62,864 bases of DNA, filler included, from Octopus bimaculoides (GCF_001194135.2; 13 parts of 12 records of this genome joined end to end with filler, not necessarily neighbours in it); one strand, 5' to 3'. Counted from the whole stretch's first letter, positions 36,641-50,525 are shown. Notes: a model not told the origin generated them from the sequence alone. Numbers and translations are program-made.

Positions 36641-37384
36641 ATGAAACTTTCCTAATAATGATTTCAAATTTTGATATGAGGCTAATAATTTTGAAGAGAG
36701 AGAGGTAGTCGATACTCTTGACCAAGCACTTGGCTGCTATTTTATTTTATCGATCCTAGAAGGATGAGGGACAGTTGACCTCAATGGCATTTGAACACAA
36801 AACGTAAAGAGCTGGAACAAATACTACATGGTATCTTTCCGACACTCTAACGATTCTGACAATCCGTCGCCCTATCAGCTTTCTTTTCTGTTAACACTTC
36901 ACTTCTTTTAGTTAAACGAGGTTAAATGTGCATAATACTTTCGTTTAAAATTGGTGCTAGATCAGAAACAGCTGTAAAACTTCGAATTTTTATTCTAATA
37001 ATATTATTAAATACGACTTGAGATGTTTACCTTGCCTTTATGTTTGTTGTCCTCTTTAATACTTTATATATCCGCTGCATCGTAAATTTGAAAGGCTCTA
37101 TAACTACCATCTCAGCTATAACCTTGGAGCCCTAGTAATCCGTTACAGCACTTACCTAGCGTACCTAATCGTTTAGATCACCTGTGAATTAAACCCCCGT
37201 ACTTTGTATATANNNNNNNNNNNNNNNNNNNNNNNNNNNNNNNNNNNNNNNNNNNNNNNNNNNNNNNNNNNNNNNNNNNNNNNNNNNNNNNNNNNNNNNN
37301 NNNNNNNNNNNNNNNNNNNNNNNNNNNNNNNNNNNNNNNNNNTATGAGGGTGAGAATGGTGGGGCGTGTGATTGTGTGTGTGAT

Positions 37385-37600
37385 TCTGCATGTGTGATAT
37401 TTGTCTCCCCCCACTGCCTGATAATCAGTGTTGGTTAGTTTACGCCCTCGTAACTTAGCGCTTCGGCAACAAAGACCAGTAGAATAGGTGCCGGACTTGC
37501 AAATAAGTACGGGGGTCGATTTGTTCGGCTAAGCTCTTGAAAGTGGTGCCCCAATATGGCCGCGCCCCAATGACTGAAACAAGTACGAGATGAAAGATAA
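37385..37600 (+). mobile_element. SINE family A 3' half
   Basis: tttgtctccccccactgcctgataatcagtg...gtaacttagcg...gactgaaacaagta. Confidence 0.75.
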
Positions 37601-38262
37601 AGCCTCGGATTTCTTGAGGAGAAACTGAAAGGTCTGATGGCTTTCCAAATTTTCGTAAGATCAATAACAATGAAATTGGATTGGTTACAAATAGTATTCC
37701 AAGTCGGTTGATAGATTCGATTAATAACGATCTTCCTTATACAAAATTTTCTCCGTACAACGAGATTAACAAGCCGTTAGCCTTATAATTGAGAACAGTT
37801 CTACTTCACTTTTGTCACTGATGCTCAGATGTTCTCAGTAGTTGCGATTTTTGTTACGATTTTTATTCCCAATCTTTGGATTATTCTAAGTACAAATCAT
37901 AGTTCAAATACCTCAGTTATTAGTATGAATGTTTTATTTGTGTGTGCGCGTAGGTTTTTATAAGAGTGTGTGTATATATATGCATGTGTGTGTGCGTGGA
38001 CATATGTACATCTACGACATGTATGTATATATATACATATATATATGTGTGTGTGTGTATGTGTGTCCGTGTCCGTATATGTCTGTATCTGTGTCTGTGT
38101 AGTACATGTATGTGTAAGTATTTGTATATTTCTATATATGTAGATTCGATTATATAAATGTGTAAGTTTATATGCATCTATGATCTATGTACAGACGTTC
38201 GCATGTATGATGTATGTACGCATATATGTATATACGATGTATACACACACACACACACACAC

Positions 38263-38328
<66 letters not shown>

Positions 38329-40869
38329 GACGATGATTAAAAGATCAGAGTACATTAACGATATTAACTAAGCTTATCTAAAGCAACATCTCTGAAAGCA
38401 TTGAACAGACGTCTGTCTGAGAAAAAAATTGTCAACATACGAAACACAGCTGCCATTTCACGACAAAATATTTCTTGTTAAAAATCTGGCATAGTGTCAT
38501 TGAAGTTACTAGTAACATTTATCGCGTGGTAAATCTAACAGAGAAGCTGGGGAATTGACTAAATATGGTAGTAGATAATAGATCCAATATCACCTGAGTT
38601 TATATCCACGACAGTACTTTTCGTCATGTGTTTTCAATTACAGTGGCTTTAACACTTTTGTGTGTAGGACGACATTTTGGTCACCGACGCTACACGAGCA
38701 AAGCGACGCTTTTGCAGTAGCTCGATGTAAGATTTTCTCCCAGTGGCTGAATATTGGATGTTAAATTGAATATTGGATGTTAAATTGTCGAAACATCACT
38801 AGAGGGCTCGCTACACACGCACACACATACAGACACACACAAACACAAACACACATACACACACACACACATACACTCAAACAAGCACACACATACACGC
38901 AAACACTTCCCTTCTAACTCCTTCTGTCTCACTGTGTGTGGAGGAAGAAGCTTTCATTTACCCATTGCCTGCCACCAAGCCTAGTATGTGCATTCATTAT
39001 GCGTCTCTTATGTTAACTCTCTCTCTCTCTCTCTCTCTCTCCCCTCTCTCTCTCTCTCCCCTCTCTCTCTCTCTCTCACTCTTTATCTCTACCTCTCTTT
39101 ACCTCTACTTCTCTCTATCTCGCTCTCTCCCTAGCTATACCTCTTTTTATCTCTCTCACTCTCTCTCCAGGTATCTCTTTTTTACTCTTCCCTACTCTAC
39201 TCTCTACGACGTAAAGCGTTACTAGAGAAATCAATCAACCAATAACCCAACGATCCAACATTTATATTGGTTATTATTATATAAAAATGATTCGCAAACA
39301 GAATTTTAAAAATTGAAGCTACCAGATCATACACGTGACCTAGTAGCTTCTACCAAACTTTTTCACTTTTTGTTTCCGGTATTTCTGTAACCGCGTGCAA
39401 GCACAGACAACTTCATGGCTCTTCTACTCCAGATCCAGTGGAACACTGAGAGTGTGGCAACAGGAGCGAGAGATAACTGTACCAAATGTCAGATGATACT
39501 CATTTTCAGCTGGTGTTGAAAACCTTCAGAAGGATGTGAACTCAGGGTCGCAAAGAGTTAACATAAAAGGCGCAGGAGGAAGGCATAAAAGAGGGTTTTG
39601 TGACTGATAGTGAGTAAAGTGAAATGAAGTGCCTTGCTGGAGGACACAGCGCAATGCTCAGTCTAAGAACCGAACTTACGATCATAGAATCATAAGATCA
39701 TAAACCAGATATCCTAACCACTAGGTTATGCCTCGTCCATTGAGATGAGGGGCAAGCTGCTTGAAACACATCCTAAACCACAGCTGTAGCAGCAGCTACA
39801 GCCAGCGACCATCAAAATAGTAATCAACTACAACGGCTAGTCTATCATATGCAAATAAAATATTATGACCCGCTTACGGCTAACTATTTAACTCAAGTAG
39901 TTATACACGCACACACTCACATACACATTTGTACAAAGTTACTATTAATGTTTGTAAATAGATATTTTCATATTTCCAACTAGACTAGTTTACACTGGTG
40001 ACCCGACGCAAATCCAAATGTTGGTTGGATACTAAAAGGACGCCTTTTCTGCCAAAAATTAGTTGGTGTTCGATGGCGGAATTTTAAGCTTAGAATGCAA
40101 CTCGTCTCGTGTGATGCTCACCAATTCTACCAATCCACCATCCTAGATCGGCGCTTAATTTATTCACTCTGAAAGGATGAAAAGTAATATATAACTTCAG
40201 TGGAATTTGAACTCAAGGCACACAGAGTCGCGGCGAGTAAACATAAGCGGTGCAGTATGAGTGCACATTCTAAATTTGGTGGCAGGCAATAAGGAAAAAC
40301 TACATGCAATGAGAGAGAAAGAATCATAGAGCCAGCGGAAGAGGAGGAGGTGGAGAAGGTGGAGGAGTCAGTAACAGTATGGTTATGGAAGGAATTATGC
40401 AAATGATTACCAGTCATGTACTGAGGTCGATGCAAAAGTTGCTGGCCGTAAGTCTTCACTAGAAACCGTTATAAAGGAACAAAAAAAGAGCAACTAACGA
40501 GTAGAATCGTTAAAGTGTCGAAAAATGTCATGTGCAATTACTTCAGAGTCTATACGTTGTGAGTTCCAATCACGCCGTGTCAACTTTACCTTACGTCGTT
40601 TCGAGGTTGATATGCTAAAGTTCCAGTCAAGTAATGGAGTCAACGCTATCGATTAAACCCATCCTCTCAGAGTTACTGGCCTGGTGCCTAAATTAGAACC
40701 CACTACATTGTCACAAGAAAGAAGCGACAAGCTGGCAAAATCGTTAAAATAACTTTTTCCCTATTTGGGATTCTGCGATCGAATTCTACTGAGATTGGTT
40801 TTTGGGGGAGGGGGATTTTTTTTTTTTTTTGCTTCTCATTGTGGTGGATAGCATAAGGCATCAGTCAAG

Positions 40870-41015
40870 ATTTGAGGTCGATATCCGCCGAGGTCAACTT
40901 TGCCTTTCATCCTTTCGAGGCCGATAAATTAAGTACCAGTTGCGTATTGGAGTCGATCTAATCGACTAGCCTCCTCCCACAAAATTTCAGACCTTGTGCC
41001 TAGAGTAGAAAAGAC
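40870..41015 (+). mobile_element. SINE family B
   Basis: ccgccgaggtcaactttgcctttcatcctttcg...aagtaccagttgcgtattgg.gtcgatc...gccttgtgcctagagtagaaaag. Confidence 0.85.
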
Positions 41016-41622
41016 TTGTGGTCGATGTTATCGATTAATCCTCTCCCCACGGAATTGCTGGTCATGTGCCTAAATTCGAAACAATAATATAAGCACAAGG
41101 CCACACAATTTAGGGAAATAACAGCCAATTAGATTGCTCTCATACTTCACTGGTAATTATTTTAAAGACACCTTAATAATAGAATTTGAACTCTAAATGT
41201 AAAGAGACGTAACTAAAATACAGGAAGGCACTTTCTTTGTTCACTGCTTTGTTTGATTCTGATTTTTATCAAAAAATATTGAATATATTGCAACATTACC
41301 CAACCTAGTTACTTTCCTTCCGTTCCTTAGTGTTTTTCTTACTCTATAAAATAAAAGACTATATTACGGGTTTTAAAGTTCTTTGCTTCTCAACAGGCAA
41401 TAACCATTACTCGAGGGTATTAAAAATAACGTACGGCTCCAATAGGAACATCGAAATTATATCTCTTTACTAATAATCTACTGTTGCAATTACGGTGTTC
41501 GACAATGTTTTAACAATTGTTTCTTTCGTCTAGATATTATATTATTGTTATGACAAGCTGTGCCTATAGTAGAAAGGATATTATTATTATTAGTAGTAGT
41601 AGTAGTAGTATCATTATTATTA

Positions 41623-41786
41623 CGAAATGCTACGTTTTGTGTTCAAATTCCACGGAGGTCGACTTTGCCTTTCATCCTTTCGGGATCGATAAATTAAGTA
41701 CCAGTTGCGCACTGGCGTCGATGTAATCGACTTGATCCCTTCCCCCAAATTTGAGGCCTTGTGCTTCCAGTATAAAGGATTATTGC

Positions 41787-41831
<45 letters not shown>

Positions 41832-42222
41832 CATTATTATTATTATTTCGAAATGCTTAGCGGTATTTCGCCCGTCGCTACGTTCTGAGTTCAAATTCTG
41901 CCGAGGTCAACTTTGCCTTTCATCTTTTCGGGGCCGATTAAACACTGGGGTCGACGTAATCGACTTAAACCCCTCCCCCCAATCTGCCCTTGTGGACAAA
42001 ATTTGAAATCATTATTATTTTTATTATTATTATTACTATTATTATTATTACGAAATGCTTAGCGGTATTTCGCCCGTCGCTACGTTCTGAGTTCAAATTC
42101 CGCTGAGATCGACTTTGCCTTTCATCCTTTCGGGGTCGATAAATTAAGTACCAGTTACGCACTGGGGTTGATGTAGTCGACTTTCCCCTCCCTCAAATTT
42201 CAGGCCTTGTGCCTTTAGGATT
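41623..42222 (+). mobile_element. Three tandem family B SINEs (start 41623, 41849, 42051) separated by (TAT)n tails
   Basis: Each begins cgaaatgct and ends gccttgtg...gattattattatt. Confidence 0.9.
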
Positions 42223-42529
42223 ATTATTATTGGTGGTTGTGGTGGTGGTGGTGGTGGTGCTGCTGCTGCTGCTGCTGGTGGTGCTGGTGGCGGTGCTGGT
42301 GGCAAATTTCCGTCAATCAACGACGTGGATGCAGTTGTTCGATTAACTGAATTACCCATTCTTGAATTAGCATATACCTGGCTGAGCATTCCACAGATAC
42401 GTGTATCCTTAACGTAGTTCTGACAGAATCAACGTGACACAGTGTGTGTGTGAGTGTATGTATGTGTGTATGTGTGTGTACATATGTGTGTGATAACAAA
42501 GCTGTACTTTTGAACTACATCTACAATCC

Positions 42530-42690
42530 ATCCGGCAGGCTTCTTTACGGTTTCTTTTTACCCAAATTCGCTCACAATACATAGGTCAACACAAGGCTAT
42601 AGAAAATGAGATTTGCCCAGGATACCATGCAGTGGAATTGAACCCAGGACTTCGTGTCAGTGAAAGGAGCTGCTCGACCATACTACGTTA
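42530..42690 (-). mobile_element. SINE family A, degenerate
   Basis: ggcttctttacggtttc...ggctatagaaaa...ttgcccag...gcagtggaattgaaccc. Confidence 0.65.
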
Positions 42691-44926
42691 TATTTTAAAA
42701 TATGATGCTCTGTATTTTGGCAAGAGGCAAAACGAGAGTATATTTTATGTTCATTAACTTTCAAGTTGTATTAGGGACGTAACAGAAGTGAATTGATCTC
42801 GGTTAGGAATCGAAACTGTATCGGCACAACTGTCTTATGGGGCATACTTTTAGACGTAATGGCGTCGGTTAAAACTACACAGAAGCCATTTGAGAAAATA
42901 CACCATCTCAGCTTTAAATTGACAATAACCTACCGAAAAGAAAACATTATATTTATGTTTTATTACAGACCTTTTATTTTACAGGAGAATTGGTGAATTA
43001 TTCATACTTACGTTATTATATTCTCTTTGGGATTATAAATTAAATAGATAAAACAAAAGATTGCTCTTTATCTTGTTACGTTAATCGCTCAAATAAAAAA
43101 AGAAAAAGGAAATAAAAAAAACGTTGTCTCATTCTATAATATAAAATTCTCTTACATCTTTTCCATCACCGGCTCCAAATAAAACTATTTTGTTGGCAAC
43201 AAAGCGAAAACAAAGAAAAAGATATATTTTTAATATCAAATTTCCAAATGATGACATACATATTCATTCTTGATATGTTCCGGAAGATCCGAACGTAAAT
43301 ATGCTAATCCTTGTTATATTTCACCATTGGAGAAAATCTTCTTTCAGACGAATATTTGTTCGTGATACATTTTATTCACTAGTGTAAGGAGACTTTGGAA
43401 CACTGTGTTTCGAACTTGTTCTGTCTCCTCAACAGTCATTAGTCTAGTGTATCTTTGGCTGAGGAGACACAGAAATCTATCCCACCGAACTAAAAGCTGC
43501 AAAGCTCTACAAATTCTGTTATCCATTAATAATTAATTTTCTTTATTAACAATTCATTATAAACTGAAATTTAATAATATTGAATGCTTTTAAAACAATA
43601 GACTTTGTGTCAGAGATATTTCAGAATAATTGCAACTCACAGTAAGTAGCATCAACCAACTTATTTTCTTTCTTAACAGAAACACTAACAGTTACAAGCG
43701 AATCTCACACTCAGCAGCATAAAATACTTGGACCAACAAAGTAGCTCTTTTGTGATCGCTTGACCTGCAAAAATAGTAACCAAATCTTTCTAAAATCTCA
43801 CATTTGAAAATGTAATCCGTACTTAACATTGTGTGTATGTGTGTATGTATGCTTCTATATGTCTAATGATTGTTTTCTTTTAATTAAACTTTTACCGCAG
43901 GTCAGCCTTCCTCAGTCGTTCTAACTTCAACCATCCCATGGTTTTTTATACAATATATCAGAGATTTCTTTATCTATACAAATAACATTAAGGCTAGCCA
44001 TTCTTGCCCAGGCACATTGCTTCGTTGATCACATACCACAGCTTAAAACATACATCTAAGTGCAGAAATGTTCTGCCAGAGCTGTAAGTATTTGACTATA
44101 AAACCTTCTGATGGTAGTGAGAATTATACACTGCAAACACCACTAAAGTCGATGCTACCAGCTTCTACATTCATTGTGGTCAACTGACGGTGGATACACC
44201 ACGTTTTATATCAATTCCTTTGAAAACATAGGGACTACAAACCTAAAAGTACCGAAAAACACGAATTATTTTGGACTGAATCACCCCATATCATATAACA
44301 AAGTACAAAACTACAGTCTACGCTTAACTGAGACATAGCAGATCCTACAACAACCAGTAATATCGATGAAGAGGAAATGGAATATCTTATCCATTTGTAA
44401 TCACTAGAGACAATTTCTTTTAGGCAACTGTCATTTGCATGATATATAAGTTAGTAAATCTACGTCTGTTGCTCGTAACAATTTTTTATGTCACTCTGAA
44501 CTGCTTTCATTGTTTCATGTACAAACATGAGTAAATATTCTAAATAAGACGATAACAAACCGTTGAATCTAGATGAGCTGCGCTGGATCTCATCCCAAGA
44601 GAGAGATGTAGTCTAGCTATAGCATGTGTTTACATAATTCTTCTGAATGTATATTTATCAGTTTATTAAATATACGCATGTCAACATGTTCGAAATTTAT
44701 CTACACAAAGGCTACCTCAGTAATTTATAAGTGAGTGCGTGTACGCGCGCGTGCGTGTATGTCTGTGTATTTAAATTTATATACGGTTCCATTTATGCGT
44801 AACTTCCTAGAAGAGAAGGAAGTCAAAACGGTGGCCGTTTGAAGGAACTATTGAGTATTTTAAACCTACTCTGTTTTCGGCTTTGAGTACTTTAATAAAG
44901 CACTTTTTCATCATACCTTTTTTCTT

Positions 44927-44970
<44 letters not shown>

Positions 44971-45409
44971 NNNNNNNNNNTCTCTCTCTCTCTCTCTCTC
45001 TCTCTTTCACACACACACACACACACACTCAGGCTCTGTGTGTATGTATGCATGTATGTATGTATGTATGTATGTATGTATGTATGTATGTATGTATGTA
45101 TGTGTGCTTATATATATATATATATATATATATTTANNNNNNNNNNNNNNNNNNNNNNNNNNNNNNNNNNNNNNNNNNNNNNNNNNNNNNNNNNNNNNNN
45201 NNNNNNNNNNNNNNNNNNNNNNNNNNNNNNNNNNNNNNNNNNNNNNNNNNNNNNNNNNNNNNNNNNNNNNNNNNNNNNNNNNNNNNNNNNNNNNNNNNNN
45301 NNNNNNNNNNNNNNNNNNNNNNNNNNNNNNNNNNNNNNNNNNNNNNNNNNNNNNNNNNNNNNNNNNNNNNNNNNNNNNNNNNNTATATATACATATATAT
45401 ATATACATG

Positions 45410-45443
<34 letters not shown>

Positions 45444-46017
45444 AAGTCGCTCTTGGGTGCTACTAACATGTAAACAGTACAACCTGTTGCATGGTCGGGT
45501 CGTCGGGGACTAAATTGGCAACCCCATCAAGCTTGCTTGGCGAGGAGGGTGATTGTTGGACACCCTATAGGACGAAAAATAAGATCTGTCAAAGGGCGGA
45601 AGAGCTCATGAGCAGTCAACATACATGTGCCTGTATGCATGTATGTATGCGCAGGGATGTGGAAATACCTGGGTTGGTATCCACGCGCGCTTGGCCCACT
45701 TGGTGTGGGAGGCCCCTCTGTTGTTGCCACAGCATATCTCTAGGAGAGGAAAACTCTGAAAGAAAACGTGCGACACTGACAATATTCGATGATGTAGACT
45801 AGTTCTTCTTTTCGAGTTTATGTTGTCCATGTTCAGACAGTGGGATTGGATTTGTGAAAATCCTTTCCCCACTATCAAAAACCATAATGCACAGACATCG
45901 CATGCAAGAAAAGTAAAACTTATCACAAAAATGGCTGGTCGTAGCTTTCGCATATGTGGGGCTTTCGATCAGATGATGGCAATATTCGAACACGAGTTTG
46001 CAACCATCATATATACA

Positions 46018-46048
<31 letters not shown>

Positions 46049-46330
46049 ATACACAAGATATACACAGGCAATATACACGAGAAAAACAGAATGGGTCAGA
46101 GAAAAAGATGATAATAATGATGATAATTATTACGATGATGATAGTGGGGTGCGATGATGATGATAACGATGATGAATACGATGATGATGATGATGATGAT
46201 GATTTTATTGTTGTTGTTGTTGTTGTTCGGNNNNNNNNNNNNNNNNNNNNNNNNNNNNNNNNNNNNNNNNNNNNTTAATTAATTAANNNNNNNNNNNNNN
46301 NNNNNNNNNNNNNNNNNNNNNNNNNNNNNN

Positions 46331-47010
46331 AGACTTGGCCCCATTATTGGTCCCCCATAAAGATGAAAAAGGCAAAATTGGCATCAATGGGAATTGAACT
46401 CAGAGCCGGAGAGTCAGTATCAAAACTACAAGGAAATCTATTGCTATTTGGCACCCTAAGGATTATTTGTTGGTCATTGTTGACACTGACCAAGGACATC
46501 ACAGGGTCAGGCTGTGACCAATCAGTCCGATGCATGTTCTGAAGGCTTTTGCTGCAGGTCAGCCATCGGTGGTCAACTGGCATTGAGGGTAACAAGTTGG
46601 TTCTCAACTTGTGTAGGTTGCATTTTGTATCCCTGGCATTCCTGTTCTGTTCATAAAATGCGTCACCTCTGTTGGTACAGCTTTGCCAGACTGGGGTAGT
46701 CTTGTCCTTGCGTTTCCCAGGTGTCAGGGTCAATCTCTGAGATCCCCAGTGAAGCCTTGTGTGTATCCTTGAAGCACTTTCTCTGTCCACTTTGCAAGCA
46801 ACTTGCTTTCTGCCAATTCCCTGTAAACGAGTCTCTTGGGGGTGTCACATGTCAGCCATTCGAACAAGGTGGCTTGCTCACCAGACTCGCATCTTCCTCA
46901 GCAGATCAGCCGGGGAGAGGACCTTGTCCTACGAGATGATTTTCACACACCCACGTGTCAACCCGGATCCAAAGGAAGGAGCTAATAGGCTGTTACAGAC
47001 ATACTCAGCA
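46331..47010 (-). mobile_element. RTE/BovB-like LINE C-terminus and 3' region
   Basis: GQRKCFKDTHKASL...IDPDTWETQGQD (cf. GGQ.KRFKDTLK.SL...ID...WE..A.DR) and a degenerate terminal C2H2-like motif. Confidence 0.8.
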
Positions 47011-47149
47011 CTGACCTTGCTGTTCCTAATAGCAAATACAGCCATTAGCTAATGAGGTTAATTATGTAATTCCTGTCATTTGTTAATTAACATTCTGTAT
47101 TTACAGAACACTTTGCTCTGAAGCAAATCGTTCCTGTTATGCAAAAGGG

Positions 47150-47310
47150 AAGTGGCTGTGTGATAAGAAGCTGGCTTCCCAACCGCATGGTTCCGGGTTC
47201 AGTCCCACTGCATGGCATCTTGGGCAAGTGCCTTTTACTAAAGCCTTGGGCTAACCAAAGCTTTCTGAGTAGATTTGGTAAACAGAAACTAAAAGAAGCC
47301 CATATATGTA
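47150..47310 (+). mobile_element. SINE family A 5' half
   Basis: gtggctgtgtgataagaagc...ggttcagtcccactg...gaaactaaaagaagccc. Confidence 0.85.
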
Positions 47311-47312
47311 TG

Positions 47313-47346
<34 letters not shown>

Positions 47347-47349
47347 CTC

Positions 47350-47760
47350 ATCATCATCATCGTTTAATGTCCTCCTTCGATACTGGCCTGGGTGGGACGG
47401 TGTGACAGAAACTGGCCAGGCAGGAGCCTGCATCAGATTTCTGCATCTGTTTCGTTTTTTTACAGCTGGATGCTCTTCCTGTCACCAATCATCCAGCAGA
47501 GTGGACTCCTTGCTTTTTACGTGGACCAAGCACAGGTGAAGTCAGTTTTGGCAAGGTTTTTTTACTGCTGGACGCCCTTCCAGATGCCAACCACTTCACA
47601 GTGTGGACTGAATGCTTTTAAGGTGGCACCAAGTAATTCACAAGACAAGGAATTAGGGCAGGGGGACATTTGAGGAGGAGACTTTGTGTCTGAGGATGAA
47701 AGGTTAGAGTGTGACAGAGAGACAGATGCAGGTGTCTTGCCACAACAGAAGGGCCATTAG
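47350..47760 (-). mobile_element. Family D retroposon
   Basis: catcatcatcgtttaatgtcc...cagctggatgc.cttcc...gccaacc. Confidence 0.7.
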
Positions 47761-48361
47761 AGGAGGTGACCAGGGATCAAACGATGAAAGGTTAGAGTGT
47801 ATTTATATGTGTGTGTGCGTGTGTTTGTATATGTCTATGCATAAGGGCATATATATATATATGTTTATATATGTATGTGTGTGTGGTGTGCATTTGATTA
47901 CGTGGCACCTGCACTGACAGGGTCATCAGGGAACCAACAAGACAAAAACCCTTTGAGAGGGGAGGGGAGCATTAATGAGAGAGAGAGAAGTAGTAGAGGA
48001 GGAGGAAGAGAGAGAGAGAGAAGCAGTAGAGGAGGAAGAGAGAGAGAGAGAGAGTAAAAGATAGTGAGAAAGGGGCAGAAAATGAAGAAAAAAGATAAAG
48101 TAAAGGATTGAAGGAAGAGGTGGCAGTGGAGGAGGGGAGCAAAAGAGAGAGAGAGAGAGTAAAGGATAGAGAGAAAGGAGAAAAGAGAGAAAGGAGAAAA
48201 GAGAGAGAGAGAGAGAGTAAAACCGAAAATACGAAAGAGTAAGACTTAACGACAGAGAAAGAGAGAGAGAACGAGGAAGAGGGAGTCAGACAATGAGTGA
48301 GGGGAAGAGGGAAAGAGTGTGTGTGTGTGCGTGCGTTAAAGAGAGAGGGGGCAGACAGACG

Positions 48362-48471
48362 TAATGACGTCATTAATGTGAGAGAGAAAGAGTAAGAGAA
48401 AGCAAGGGAGAAGGAAGAGAAAGTGAGTGAAGAGTAAAAGAGGAGGGAGGCAATAGGCGTAGTGACGGAAG
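48362..48471 (+). promoter_or_regulatory. Probable housekeeping promoter elements: 14-bp palindromic CRE and ETS/YY1-like motif
   Basis: TAATGACGTCATTA at 48362-48375; CGGAAGATGTCG spanning the ATG resembles the ETS+YY1 composite CGGAAGATGGCG. Confidence 0.45.
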
Positions 48472-48547
48472 ATGTCGCTGAGGAAGTTGGGTTTGCTAAG
48501 CATAGCAGCCAAATCAGTCTCAATTTACACCAGCGTCCGAAGAACAG
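48472..48547 (+). CDS. Probable first coding exon of a nuclear gene; N-terminus resembles a mitochondrial targeting presequence
   Basis: MSLRKLGLLSIAAKSVSIYTSVRRT+G: five basic and no acidic residues, rich in S/L/A. Purine at -3 (AAGATG). Donor CAG|gta immediately before a gap (phase 1). No downstream exon identified. Confidence 0.5.
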
Positions 48548-49379
48548 GTANNNNNNNNNNNNNNNNNNNNNNNNNNNNNNNNNNNNNNNNNNNNTTAATT
48601 AATTAANNNNNNNNNNNNNNNNNNNNNNNNNNNNNNNNNNNNNNNNNNNNGAGAGAGAGAGAGAGAGAGAGAAAGCAAGAGAGAGAGAGAGAGAGAGTGT
48701 GCATGCTGTATGTTGGGGGTCTGAAGAGTGTTTATCTATGTGTGTATGTGTGTGTGATAATATTGGTGTCTATGTATATTTGTTTGTATAACAAGTGTTT
48801 GCATGTGCATGAAGAACTGTGGATGTGTTGTGTGACAAATACTGGTATGGACTTGTGTGTGTGTGTGTGAGAGAGAGAGGGAGAGAGAGGCAGCATGTGT
48901 GCATGTGTGTGTGTGACAGTGTATTTGTGTTTGATAACTTTTCATATGACAGGGTGTATGTGTTTGATATGACAGAGTGTGTGTGTGTGATAAAATGTGG
49001 TGGCAAGAAGATTATGTTTACTTAGGTATGTTAACCACTTCAATATATTGGCAATATCAAGCAAGGGTTAAGTTTGTTTTAGAGGGTGGGGCAAAGTTTG
49101 TTTGTTACCCACTCGAAACACCTCCCTAGCTTTTGTTCTCACATTTTTTTTGCTTGTTTTGCATTTTTCCCATTTGTGACATTCAATCACTCATTGAATA
49201 GTAAATTCAAGTGTGTGTGTGTGTGTGTGTTTGCGTATGTATGGATGTGTCTATGTCAAATGTCTGGGTGCTGTGTCATTTGAAACAATTATCTTGAAAG
49301 GAGGCTACTCCATCCATCACATAAAAATCAAACAAACTTTAAACGAGAGCAAGTAATTATTTCTTAGACTGACATGCGT

Positions 49380-50040
49380 CCAGTGGAGGGCGCATGTCAA
49401 GAACACTCATCCTCCACAACAGAAGTGTTACTCAAGAAGACCCATCCTCCACAGCATCCCCTGATGAAGAGGACTGACTTGCAAGGATCCTGTGCCAGTG
49501 CCACGTTAAAAACTCTTGTGCCAGTGCGACGTTAACCTTTTAGTGTTCAAATTAATGTCAAAAGTAATCCTTATTCATGTACACTTTAAAAAATTTATCT
49601 GGTATTATCTTGTAACTTCAAGATTTGAGAGATGTAATTGTTTATTTTTAGAATGACATTGCAGGGTAGATGTGAGATACTGGTTCTGGCCAGTTTGGGC
49701 ATAAAATGAGTAGAATATTTGGGCCGGATATAGCCGGTTTAAACACTAAAGGGCTAAAGACTCTTTTGCCAGTGTCATGTTAAAATCTCTTGTGCCAGTG
49801 ACGTGTAATAGGCACTTGTGCTAGAAGCATGTAGAAACAATTGTGCTGCTGGTGGCATGTGAAAAGCACCCAGTACACATGGTAAAGTGGTTGGCATCAG
49901 GAAGAGCATCCAACCATAGAAACCCAACCAAATCAGAGTGGAACCTGGTGCAGCCTGCCAGCTCTAGCCAAACCATCAAACCCATGCCAGCATGGAAAAT
50001 GGACATTAAAGGAGGATGATGATGATGATGATGATGATGA
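49380..50040 (+). mobile_element. Family D retroposon with internal gtgccagt... subrepeats and nested MITE
   Basis: Ends ccaacccatgccagcatggaaaatggacattaaa-(gat)n. Confidence 0.75.
49536..49753. mobile_element. piggyBac-type MITE
   Basis: TTAA|CCTTTTAGTGTT...AACACTAAAGGG|CTAA: 12-bp TIRs and TTAA target duplication (one copy mutated). Confidence 0.8.
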
Positions 50041-50525
50041 TTGACACATGGCCAGAATTTATGAAAAGGAGACCTAGCTCAGTGAATCAACCTGGTTGGT
50101 GTATCCCTGATACTTATTTTACCTTATTTTACTGACAGTTAGTCCACATTACTCTTTAAGGAGCATAGTGTCAGTTTCCTAGTTTCTCTGGCGAATATAT
50201 TCCTCCCTGGATGGAACGCTTGTCCATCCCAAGATTACTCATTTCCACCAGCTAAATGGACTGGAGCAATGTGAAGTGGCATATTTTGCTCAAGAACAAC
50301 AACACATAACCGAGTCCTGGAGTTGAAACCACAATCTTACAATTATGAGTCTGACACCCTAACTGCTAAGCCATGCAGCTCCACTATTTTATTGATGTAG
50401 GAGCTGAATTTGATCCCAGAATGCATATGAGCAGCATTAAATATTTCATAGTATATACTACATGGCATTTAGTAAATGTTTTGAGTGCTATCATCTTATA
50501 CTTACTGGTATATATTTTATTATTG

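Noticed and set aside
41623-42222. Regularly spaced repeats resembling a CRISPR-like array
   Set aside because: Units are about 200-bp SINEs with microsatellite tails in a eukaryotic context; no unique spacers and no cas genes.
43901-44083. Plus-strand 183-nt segment with good acceptor and GTAAGT donor
   Set aside because: Stops in all three frames; not supportable as a CDS (a non-coding exon cannot be excluded).
45490-45780. GC-rich structured block, possibly a LINE 5' UTR with an HDV-like ribozyme
   Set aside because: Only local hairpins (gggg/cccc, agggtg/caccct) were found; I could not build the nested double pseudoknot.
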